A model generated the notes under the pieces. The model saw only the letters and a list, made by a program, of their open reading frames with translations, ran no database searches and was not told where the DNA came from. Position numbers and translations under genes: made by a program. DNA of 64,000 nt, taken from Amphiscolops sp. MND2022 (taxonomy: Eukaryota). The stretch lies in contig OZ076413.1 of NCBI GenBank assembly GCA_964187785.1, forward strand, positions 42,782,001-42,846,000, in the 5' to 3' direction. The number at the start of each line of letters is the position of its first letter. The stretch's first letter is position 1. Shown here one piece after another: positions 12,001 through 24,600 of the stretch.

Positions 12001-15000
12001 TGTATATCTTTTGTTGAAATGTGATAGGTTTAATGCTTTTTGGATCTTTTTTCACTGTATGTAGTCCAATCATAATAGCCAACGTCCTTGAACTGTTTTC
12101 TTTAAAATTTGTAACTATAAAAAGAGCTTCTGAACCACGGTGTATCCAAAAACCATTCTACTTTTTTATTTGATCGAGTATAATTCATCAATTGATACTA
12201 TAAAAATTCGATCAACAGTCATAGTTTTCTTCTGTCATCAAACTTTTTAATCAAAAATTGAAACTTGAGAAAATCAAAATGGGAGAATGTGATTGGTTCA
12301 TTTCTTATTTGATAATCTTTGACACAAGGCCCTTCGCCGCATACATTGAGGCTCACCCGTAAAGCTGCGGTGCCTTACGATAGTAGCAGTAACTATTACA
12401 ACCTTGTAGCCGAGGTCACCGATTCCGTTCATTCGACCCAGCAGGTCACCATTCATGTCAACGTGGAAAAAGTGGACAATGGACACGGAACATTGACCTG
12501 CACCGATCCGGTCAGCGTTGGGGAAGAGGTCGCAGTAGGAACACTGGTCAAAAATGTGGCAACTTCCTTTTTTGATGCCACTGCTGATCCGGATTACCCG
12601 GCTGACACTTACTATTACTCATTTTCAGCTGGAAATTCCGGCGGATACTTCAGCATAGAGAGACTATCTGGAGAAATTCAGGTATTCCGCTATTTTTATT
12701 TACATTTCATTTTTTCTAATGTTCAGATCCAGGCAACAAGCTCTTTCAATTAAAATTTTGGATCAAAAACTTTGAATATAAATTTGCTAAATTATCGGCA
12801 CATACCGATGTAGCTATACCGGGTTCAGAACTCATTTTTCTTTAAAAAAACACTATTTTTCACTTTGAAAAATTTTAGTTTTTCTGGTATTATTATTTTT
12901 AATTTTATCATTTTTTTAACAACGAATTCGACCTCAAATGTTATCATCAATTCACGCACAGGTTGCTCGCAAGTTGGATCGGGAGACAGTAGACAGCGTT
13001 TCGGTCACAGTAAAGGTCAATGACGGCACCAGTGACATCAGTTGTACATTCAGTATCGCCATTAATGATTACAACGACAACGTGCCCATGTTTGACCCAC
13101 AGACTTACAGTGTCAACTTGAACGAGTACAGTCCAAAGAGTGAGTTTTCTCGAGAATCATTTTCACATTCTTTCATTTAAACAAGCCAGAAACGGCCCAA
13201 GTCGGCGCCATGTCTAAGGCTCAAACAATGCAAAAAGAGTTCAAAGTGTCAAGTATTCTTTTACAGTACCTGAAAAAGCCAAAAGTTGGAGCGAACACTA
13301 ACGGACCCTTTTGGATTTTTTAACATCCATTGTTGCAAAACATCAAAAATTGAAGGGGGCCCTTTGGGGGAAATTTTTTTCGAGAAAAAGTCTCACAATG
13401 CCAAAAAAACTGAAAAGGGGGACTTTTTGGATTTTTCAACATCCAAATATTTCGCCAAACATAAAAACAAGACGGGAACGTCTAAAGTCGGCGCTATATC
13501 TAATGCTCAAAAAGCGCAAAACATTTTTTTTGGAAAAAAACTTGAAATTTTCGAAAAAATTTTTCGGAAAATGTCGCACAGTGCCGAAAAATGTAAAGAG
13601 GGGACCCTTTTTGATTTCCAAACGTGCATTCTGTTGCAAAATAACAAAAAACTCAAAGGGGGGACCCTTTGGGGACATTAAAAAATTTTCAAAAAAAGTC
13701 GCACAGTGCCGAAAGAAATCAAAAGGAGGACCCTTTAGCCTCGGCCGGTTTTGTAGGTTACGTTAAAAAAGTAAAAAATGAAAGGGGGGACCCTTTGGAG
13801 ACAAAAAAATTTTCGAGAAAAAAGTCGCACAGTGCCGAAAAAAAACGAAAAAAAATTCGAAAGGGGGACTCTTTAGTCGCGTCCGGTTTTGTAAGTTACC
13901 TTGAAAAAGTAAAAAATGAAAGGGGGACCCTTTGCACTAAGTTTGCCTTGGCCCCTTTGCCGGACTGGGCGCCTTAGGTGGTTTCAGGATTGTTTCTAAA
14001 AAGTGGACCGATCAGTGTGAGAATTGTAGTCTGAAGAAAAAACAAGACGTTCCAAACAAGGGAACGTCCCAAGTCGGCGCCATATCTTAGGCTCAAAAAT
14101 ATTCGAGGAACAACTATTGGAAATATTTGGAAAAAAAATTTTCCAGAAAAAGTATTTGGTAAAAAAGTCGCACAATGCCGAAAAACCTAAAAAGAGGTCA
14201 TTTAGGCTCATTCAACGTTTTCTACAAACCGAAAATGCAAGGGGTACCCTTTGATAAAATTCGAAAATTTTCGAAAAAAGTCGCATAGTGCCGAAAAAAA
14301 CCCAAAGGGGGACCCTTTGGTCTCACCTGTACTTTTGGAAGCATTAAAAAATTTATGGTTTAGTGCGAGAATCGAACCCACGCTCTCCGGTTTGGTCGAA
14401 GATGGAAGATGAACAAATATGAAAGATGAACAAATTGTAAGAAAAGTGGACCACTCAGAGTGAGATTGTCAACTGAAAAAAAAACTACTCACTGTAAGAG
14501 TCGGGCTTTTTTCCTTAAGGGAAAAGGCGCCGACTAAAAACAGTCACTGCTATAGTCGGGCATTTTTCCCTTAATGGAAAAGCGCCGACTAAAAATGGAA
14601 GGGGGGCCCTTTGAGGAAAAAGTTTTTTCGAAAAAAAGTCTCACAATGCCGAAAAACTGAAAGGGGGAAATGGTTCAAATAAAATTTTGTAGAACTTTGC
14701 AGAACTATTTTGGTCACTTCGTGTGGCTTGAAAAAGAAGAGTCACAATAATAATCGCCTTTCACTTCATAAAGCGCCGACTTAAAAGAGATACAATTTAT
14801 TGGCTTTATTTCAAATGTTTAGTATTTTTGGTTTAAAGCATCGATTTTCGAAGTTAATTTAACTTTCAAAACTGTGTAGGTAGCAGTCGTTTCGCTTTTG
14901 TCTTTCAATGGAATTCTGTCAACTTTTTTCTACAAATTTTATCGGGGTCCTGCATCAAAGATCCTCATAAGACTTCGCTGCATCTTGTTGAACCCTCCTA

Positions 15001-15653
15001 TCAATATTTTATCGCTGATTCGCACATTTTTAAATAAACCTAAGGGGGCAAATGCTAAGTTTTCAGAATTTGACTGGAATGACAAAAGGTTGACAATGAA
15101 GTTGATGCCAAGAGTGGTCATGAATTCATGCCCTATCAATATGAACTTGTAGAAACTATGGTACTGGAAATTCTTGCATTCGTTTTAGATACCGTAGTAA
15201 CGAAGCTGACTATCACAGATGCTGACCAATCAGATCTCCCGGCAGGTCAAGTTGTGCTCGCCGACTTGACAATGGTTGCCATTTATGGAAATGAGACTCT
15301 TTTCAGCCTAACGAATTGTGCGACGCCTGTTCAGAACGAGTTCTGCATTGAGACTGCGCTGGGTATCGATATCGACTATTTTGGCTTTCATCGACTGAAA
15401 GTTACAAGTGCCGATAATAACGGATTGTAAGTATGGGTTCTCCAAACAATAGAACCCCTCCCATTATCAAGAAAACTTATTAAATTTTTGCAAACAGGTT
15501 AGAAAAGGAAGTTAAGGTCCAGTGTTTTTCTAAGTATAGTTAGTTCTAAAACAATGCAGGTCCAGATTAGTAGATTAACGATAAACTTTTTTTACTTAGA
15601 TGCGAAAGTTGGAGTTTGTTGCATAAAGTTGAAATTGATTTCGAAATTATCAC

Positions 15654-15688
<35 letters not shown>

Positions 15689-18600
15689 GGCTTTCTAAAT
15701 CGACGCTCTTTTCGGATACTATTAATTTCAGCACATATTGCATGATATGCTTCGCAGAGTTGCGTTGCAAAAGGGCGCCAACTTACTCTAGTAGATAGAC
15801 TTTATCGGACTTCCTTGTCATTCACCCAGTGGAAGTTGGGGAAACCTTTTTTCACATTTAAATTTGAAAAAGACTGAAACTAAGTACCCGGGCTTCCCTC
15901 CCATACAAAAACAGGTCAATCATACTCTGCCATCATACTCGCAGTATGAATCCAGGCTGATAATACTCTGGACATTGAAGCCCGTGTTTCCCGACCAAGC
16001 CGATCATGTTCTGACCATATTATGGCTCAGAGTATTGTCAGCCTGGAGCCATGAAAAGAAAATTAGGATAATGTAGTCAATTAACGCATACACTGATGAA
16101 ATTACAAGATATTCCTCAACCAAAGGTCCAATAAAATAACCAAATTGAAAACAAGGTAGCAATCATCAATTTTGGGCATCTTTTGCAGAATTATTGGTAA
16201 TTTGGTAAGTAATCGAGAATCGCACTGCAAAGTGGGTAGTGCTATAACGAAAGAGTTAGTTTTCAACTAAGGAGTGGCTGAGAACAAATTGAGTTACTAT
16301 AGTTTGATTTCAACTCCGCCAAGAGCTAAATGGAGTTCTGACCTGCAATGTATCGTTAGCAGATACAAAAGGTCGAATGTGGCTCTATTGCCCTCAGCCT
16401 ATAAAGCTGGCTGTTCTCAATATTTGAAAATTTTTGTTTGGGTTGGATGTCACGTCAACCCGCGTTTGGAACAAAAATTTATGATTCCAGGCTGATCATA
16501 CTCTGGATAATATATGATTCCAGGCCGATCATACTCTGGACCATATATGATTCCAGGCTGACCATGGCAAGATCATAGCAAGGAAATTTGTATGATTTGT
16601 ATGGTGCCATAATTTGGTCAGATTATGATCGGCCTGGTCGGGAAACCCGGGTACTCAGTTGATTGGTTTTTCGTTTCTTAGAACTTGCAGAACCAAACTG
16701 ACAAGCTGAGTTTCGATTAAACGGATAGGTAATTTTCAATTCATGCAAATGCGCCTATCTGCTTCGACCACCGACCATTCGGATATTCATCATTTTTTCA
16801 GAACTCCTAATTTGGAAAGTTACGCATTGGTGATGATCAACATCGTGCCTCAGAACACTAACGCCCCGGTTATCATCAACTCAGGAGGTTCTAATGTCTT
16901 TTCTTACCCTGAGAACCTCTACGTGGGGTCTCTCCTGTCCACTGTTACTCTGCAATCTACAGACGCAGACAGCCCCAAGACTTGGTTAGTTTTTGACATT
17001 AAAAGCTCGAATGAAGTTGAGAACGAAGCCTTGAGGGAAGTTGAAAGAACAGAGGGCGCATATAGAACTTGAGAGAAATGAATAAATTATGCGACATAAT
17101 TGATTCGTTGTATTATATACTGTAAGAGAAGTCGTACTATAAGGTCCATGATCATTACCATCTTGTTAGGATCTTACTACGAAGTCGTAATAGTACGGCG
17201 AGGAGTTTAAACCTGGGATTTTCTTCATTTTGCATCTGTGTCAGTTGGCATGCCAAGACTGATAAAATTGTCCGTATTCTTTTGTTTTAAACTTTTTGAT
17301 TTAAATCTTTGTTTTCATCTATAATTTGAATATTACGAGTGTTCAGCGAGCGAATTTGTAAAAGCCCCAAGCGAACCTTCATATTCTTCCTCTTTTATTG
17401 AACAAATGAAGAAAAGCTTCCATTTTATTCTGGGTGGATTTTGAGATCGGACTAATGAAAGCCGTTCTTTTCATATATTTTTTGTATTGGATTTCCAAAA
17501 AAAGTACAAAAGAAAATAGTCTTTTTTGCTTCATATCCAAAATTTTGAAGAAAATTTTCAAATATTTGGAATTCAATTTCTAGGTTTGGAAAACCAGTCT
17601 ACAGTTTGGATTACTCGCGCGACTCAAACCCCAGCCGAGCCGAGGAAACTTTCTCAATCGACCGATACTCTGGCGAGATCTATCTCACCTGCAAACTGAA
17701 CTATGTTCAACAAAACACGTTTTTGCTCACCATGAACGTGGTAGATAGTTTCACTGGGGGTCTCACTGACTCCTATGACTTCCAGATAGACGTCTTGGAC
17801 GTGAACGATCACGCGCCAGAGTTCTCCAGTAAGAGGTACTATGGGACTATTGATGATGGGGCTACTGCTTCTACTGCGGTTGCCATGACAACAGCAATTT
17901 CCGCAACCGATGGTGACGTGGACACTACCTTCAGTCAAATTACGTGAGTTTAGAAGGCATCAAAGAGATTGTTCATGAATAATATGATTGTCAAACCAAA
18001 TGACAACAATCAATTCTTGAATTTCTGAAAAAAAAACTTTCAAACCCCTTGTTGTAATCTCAAAATACTTGGTTCTAAAACATCGTTGTTTAAAAGTTAA
18101 CTATCATCTTCGATCTCAATCTCACGTACGTATCAATGTAAGTATCAAAAGTATCTAAATGGTAACAAATCTAAGTAACATAAATAGGCAGCAATTAGAG
18201 TTTTGTTGGTCAATAGCACCAAGTGTCTCTCTGTCTGTTGTCCGTAATAATACGGTTCAAGGTCGGGTTTATGTATGTCACACCCCTGTTGTTTAAAAGC
18301 TAGCCCCCTGTGTTTTACTTGAGTTGGTACGTTTCCCATTTTACCGTTCGAGTTATTTGTATCATGTCCACCTAGCCATTTACTTTTCGTTACCAATACG
18401 TTTTCATTGTTTGAAAAGTTTTAAGGAGGAGCGTGGTTAATGAAGCGCAACTGGTAGCCCAAAAAAGATACAACTGAATACTGAATAATGTTGTTGCATT
18501 CATAAAGCTGTATTTCCAAGACTTGTATGCATGAATATCCAAGTTTTTATTCATTAAACCTCATGTGAGCCAAATCAACTGCCGTTTTCCAGGTACACAA

Positions 18601-21600
18601 TAGACACGGCCAAGTGCAACACAGATAGTTTGTGTGGCGACTTCACAATGGATGGAGCCACAGGGGTTCTAACTGTCAGCACTTCAACCACCATCGATTT
18701 CGACCTGAGGAAGATGACCTATGTCATTCCCATCAAAGCTTCTGACCCCCAAGGGTTAAGTGATTCTGCACTCGTGTATGTTACTGTCACTGACCTCAAC
18801 GACAACCAGGGATGAGCTATGAACACTTTTTCGATTTAGAAAAATGAATTAATACAATCCTGAATTTTTCGAACAATATCAAGGAGAACAATTTCTTTAT
18901 ACTAAATTTATTCCGTGAACAGTTGATCGTAAAACGTACGTTTCTTTTGGAGTATATGACAGACAATGTGCTAGTTTTTTAGTTTGTAGAAGCAAAAAAA
19001 ATGGAGATTCGAATATATTGCTTTGCCTTATAGAATCCAATTTGCTCTAGTTTAAAGTGAGTATAATTGTGTCAAAGTTCTTTCATCCCTGACCCTTGGT
19101 ACCAGCCGTTCTTGGACCCGAATCCGACCTTCATCTCCATCTATGAGCAGATGATGATCAACAGTGTGATTGCTGTTCTCACAGTGGCTGATAACGACTC
19201 AGACACGACCAATGGGGGATTCAGATTCAACCAACTCACTCACACTGACTTGTTCAGCACAGATGCAAGCACGGGGGTCGTCAAAGTGCTCAAGACCCTG
19301 GATCGAGAGTCAACTGATCCAAATATCAAAGCGTGAGTCTCGTCATGTTTTTTTCAAAGACCAGATGCTTCGTTTTGTTTGTGGATGTTAAAGAATTCTA
19401 GGTTAGATGGCCGAGGTAATCAAAGCCCATTCTTCCAAAAGGGCTTGTGCTCGAGGTCCAGTTCGTAGTCAGAGAGCATACCCAGTGTAAGATTTTGGAT
19501 TTGCCAAGATTTTGGATTTCCCGCAAATTCCTGTTACCTCCTGAAAACCTTGATAAGATCTTGAATTATCTTGGACCGATAAAAAATCTTGAAATTCTTG
19601 ACAAAAATCTTGGCAAGATTCTTGTCAAGAAATCCGGGAGGCAAAAACTGCATTTAGCATTTTATTTATGTCTGTGATAATTTATGCATTTCATCAAACA
19701 CCAACCAGGAGCGTTCGTATGGCACAAGTTTTGTTAATAATAAATTTTCCAGCTCAAATATGGAAAAATATCAAATATGAAAACAGGGAAACTTTCCAAA
19801 AGTATTTTGGAGCCAAATTGTTGAATCAGATTGATAACGTTGTAAAAAAAAAAAACAAAGTTTGGTACCAATTGACATATCGTCTTATTTAGACGTGGAA
19901 CTGTAGTATATTAATACAGTATACAACTTTCAGTTCACCAATTCTCTATTTCAGTGGTGCTTAAGGCATTCTTTTTATCAAAATAAAGGAAAGATAAAGC
20001 CTTTTCATCCATTTTCTTACATGATCATCCAGTAATATCTTACTATTTCCCGCTCATTCTTGGGTTTTCCCAGATTTCTTGCCAAGACTGTTGGATTCTT
20101 GACAATATTCTTGGTTTTTCCTGAGAGGTTTTTTTTGTACCAAAAGCTTTTTATGTGCGTTTTTTCAGTATTAGGTACTTTTCTTGAAGTTCTTGGCAAG
20201 ATCGTGCATATTCTTGGCGCTCTTGGTGAGAATCTTGTCAAGATTCTTACCAAGGGTTTCAGGAAATTTTAAGATTCTTGGCAAGAGTTTCAAGATATGT
20301 TACACTGGGTATTAAAGTCATTCTCTACACACCTTACAGCTCATACACTACGTCATTGTGTATAATATGCAAGTCAGAATATGGACTTCTGAAAATTTTT
20401 AGAGTAGTTGTAATATAATGTTTTTGACTAAACGTTTGATTTTTTTTGAGGCATTCAACAACCAAATTGTTTATTTTCATTGAGTTCTCTTCGATCGCAG
20501 AATCCCAATCTAATATCACAACCTTACAACTATCGAAAACCAGCCTTGAAAGCCCCACAAACGTTTGAAAATCGGAACTTCACTCAAGAGAAAAGTGATA
20601 CTTTTGCGTACAATAAATAATGACTATTTGTTCATAATCCATCGTTGTTATATTTAACAGTTTTTTTCCTAAAATTGTTTAAAACATGTTTTTTTTTTCT
20701 GAATTATACTGTTTTTTTGTATTTTATTGTTTTTTTGTAATAATAAAAAATACAACATAATACAACAAACGTTACAGTAAAACAAATGTTACAAAAAATT
20801 GTGTTTTGTGGTGCAGCTCTCTTCTTAGAACATGCTTCGAAATGGGTTTTCATTCGTGACACAAGTCCCACGATGCTTGCCTTGCATCCTTTGCATTCCG
20901 CTCTAATAGTGCCATTTGCCAGGGTCGCTTCATTAAATTGTTTCCATATTTCGTCTTTTGTTCGTGGCATTTTACAATATCTGAAAAATACAATGTTTTT
21001 TTTCGAAGTTGTTTTAAACATGTTTTTTACCTCTTGTTTTAAACGTGTTTTAAACAGCTTAACAACCTTGTCATAATCGCTTGTGAACATTGCTCGTTTT
21101 GAATCCAATTCTCAGCTTGTTTTGTATTTTTTCTAATGATTCCATAATATATTTTGTGGTTTTATATTATTAAACATGTAACTTACAATCATTTGTGCAT
21201 TTGTGTCAAAGTTGCCAATTTTGTATCATGTTACCAGAGAGAATTACGAATTAAGAATAGAAGTGCGAGACCAAGGATCGAACCCGGGTGTGCTGATTGC
21301 CACCTCTACTCTAACCGTGGAGGTCATGGACATTAATGACAATGATCCCGTGTTCCAACAGACTACCTACACAGCGAGCATTAGTGAATGTGAGCCCCCC
21401 TACAGCACCATTGTCACTATAGCAGCCGATGACGCCGATTTTGGTGAGCCTATTTTGAATATCAGGTAGAGGGTTTTACGGGAGGGTGGGTGTAATGGTT
21501 TATTTTCAGAAAAGATTGCATTCTACTCGGATTTTCCTGAAAAAAGTGTGCCAACTAAAATAGAGAATATTTTTTCTCCAGACCACAGTGCTCTTACAGG

Positions 21601-24600
21601 AAGGTCAACTTTTTGCTGAGCTTTTTTTTCAGAAACGACACATTTTCTGAGAACATTCAAAAAAGTTTTCTTCATTTTAAAAATGCTTAGGAGGAAATTG
21701 TTTTGCCGCTCAATTGTCAAACTAGTTGTTTTGCTCTGTGGATTTTCGTTGAAATAAAAATCACGTGAAAAAAATCGATGTGTTTGGCTATTTTAAAACC
21801 TTTCAGCCGTTAAGTCTTTTGGGACATTTTGACTCTTTCATTCCATGAACTTCTCTGAAAAAAGTTTCGATTTCTTCCCAAGTGCATATGCTACGAACTT
21901 TATCTTTCGAGTATAAAAATGGGACATGTAAAAAAATGGAAAAACGTAGTTCGGGTAATAGTTTTCCTTCCATATTTCAGGATGGAAACGACAAGCCGTC
22001 TATGGCTCTAAAACTCTAATTCCATTCATTGTTCCCCTAAGTTACAAAAATCACAACTCTTGCAAAATTCTTACAAGAATTCTTGTAAGATCTTGTAAGA
22101 AAATGCATTTTTAGAATCTAACTCTTGCAAAAATCTTGCAAGATTTGCATTTTTCTGCTCAGAATGTTACAAAAAATGCATAAATCCGACCATTTTTTGC
22201 ATTTCCTGCCTCAAAAAAAATTGAACGGCTGCAAAAGAAAACTATCTGTACGCGAAAAATGACACAATTGCCCATATTAGAGCATCTAGGTTTTATATTA
22301 TCGGAATGCCTTATTTGCATCATGAGCATTGTTTGATGTTATATTGTTGAAAAGCTTTCGCTCACAACATTAAAGCCCTGCGTGGGGTCAGTGTCTCTGA
22401 GAGAGCAATGTCCTCCATTCTCAGCAGTCTCATGACTAGTTGAAATGGGCTGGAGAATAAATGAAACCGATGGTTGAATTTTGCTAGAATTTTCAGGGTT
22501 TTTATAGTTTTCAATATGACATTGCACAGGTGGTTTTGTAGTATTTTTACTGATTTTCTCCATCACAGTAGCTGACAGCAGGTTCGGGTTAGAACCGTTA
22601 GAAAGCCCTTGAAATGTATTTTCAATTGGTATCATGTTCATATTCCTATCATCATTAGCTGAAGAGTTCTCGGAGTTTTTGTCCGGAGTTTCATAGCTGG
22701 AATACGTTATAGTAATTTCTGGGGTAAAATTGCATGTAAAATCTTTTTGCTCAAAATTAACAATTTGGAGCCTTTTGCTGGAATCCTGGGACAGTTTGTG
22801 CATTGTAAACGGCAACTGTGGCTGTTGTTGCTGATAGTTTGATGATTTTTGAAGTTTTGGTCGAACAATTTTTGTAAGAATTTCTTACCAAAAAAATGCA
22901 TTTTTTGCAAAAATGTTATCAGAATCTTGTAAGAAATGTTCGACATTGTAACAAACTTGCAAAATTTGCGATTCTTGTACAAACTTGTACGATTCTTGCA
23001 AGAAATGCAAAGCTGACAAGAATTTCGGAAGAATTTTGCAAGATTTGTGATTCTTGTAACCTAGGGTCATTACGAGTCGGATAATTTCGAATGAGAATTT
23101 AATTTTCTAAATTCATTTTGCGAATTATTGAGTCAATTCTATGAGTTTAGTAATCGACAAATTTGCATGAACAAGGCTCTTTGTTTTCCGCATAAGCCTT
23201 CGTTAGAACCTGTCGCCGACGAACGTATGAAACATCGCTCTCTGCCAGTGACTAGCGAAGGTTCTCAAAAATATTTCTTTCAATCTGAAATGAAACCAAG
23301 TGAAGATTAAAAGTGTACGGTCCTAAATAAACTGAGAACTTAAACCCAAAACGTACAAATAAGTCTCCGGATTCTAAAGTTATGAAATTGGGAGTTCTCT
23401 TGGAATCGATTGTTTTCGATTCCAGATAAATAAATAACAACATGGGTTTTGTATTGCAGAGATAAACTCGAGACTAAACTACAGTTTCACCTCGAAGACT
23501 GATTTCTTCCACCTGGATCCAGTTTCTGGGGGCATCACCTCTCTGCAGACCCTGGACAGGGAGAAATATCCCACTGGCTTCGACTACAGGGTCATCGCAT
23601 GGGACCAGGGCGAGGTGCCTAGATCCGGCACTGCCATTGTGCAGGTACAGTTTTGTAACATACAACTAAACTTTATATCAAATCGTACTTCAAGGAAGTT
23701 GAAAATATTTTTGTTGCACAAAATTGTTTCCTTCTTGGAATGCTGGAATCGTCAAAAAAAAGGTGAAAGGAAAAAGTTTTTTGGGCGAAGTCGGTACTTC
23801 TGTTCAGCCAATACGGACGCAAAAGAAGAATAATGAAAAATATATAACTAAAGTTTAACAATTGGAAACACCTAACCTTGAAAGTGAATTCTTACTTTAC
23901 AAAACCAAATGAAAATCTATGTAGTACAGTATGAAAATTTCATACATTTCAACAACATCTATGGGAGTAACTTCGTGTATAATTTGTATAAATTGCAGTT
24001 GAAATTAATTGCTCGGATACCACGGAATGCAACTCTTCTGAGTCAAGCAATTGTAAGCTTTCCTTAGTAACCTTGACGAGAGTTCTCAAAGATGCAGTTT
24101 TGCGCTCAATTTTTTTCAGAGCTCAACAAGTACCGATCGATATACAGTACGGAAGTAACTTTTGACCGTTGAGAAGCTGTGTCAGTATTCCGTTCTGGAG
24201 GAGGTCTAAAAATGCGTGAAATCAAAATGCAATGTTATTTCCGAAAATACTTTACAGATAGCTTGCTCCGTTTTCTGCAGAGTCGGGGCAGTGCAAGTTA
24301 ATCCTGGACCTGTATCTTGACACAGGATGATCGTCGTGTCAATAGCCCTCTGTAATTGGACGTCCAACGTCTCTTAAGCAATCAAGACTTTCCGATATTT
24401 AATTGTTCATTTCATCAGTTAAGACTCCGAGGTTTCCTCTTATTCTTTCACTATTTCCTCCACTAGTTGTACTTCCATTCGATCCAGACTCTTCTCTATT
24501 AGGGTATCTTTCTTCGTTAGATAAACTGGACACTGGGTCTGTGTCTAATTCTCTTAAGTATATTTCTCTAGATTCGCTTCTGTCAAATTTTCCAATCATG

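Noticed and set aside
13286..14211. Lys-rich ORFs
   Set aside because: Chance frames in A-rich HINE-like subrepeats
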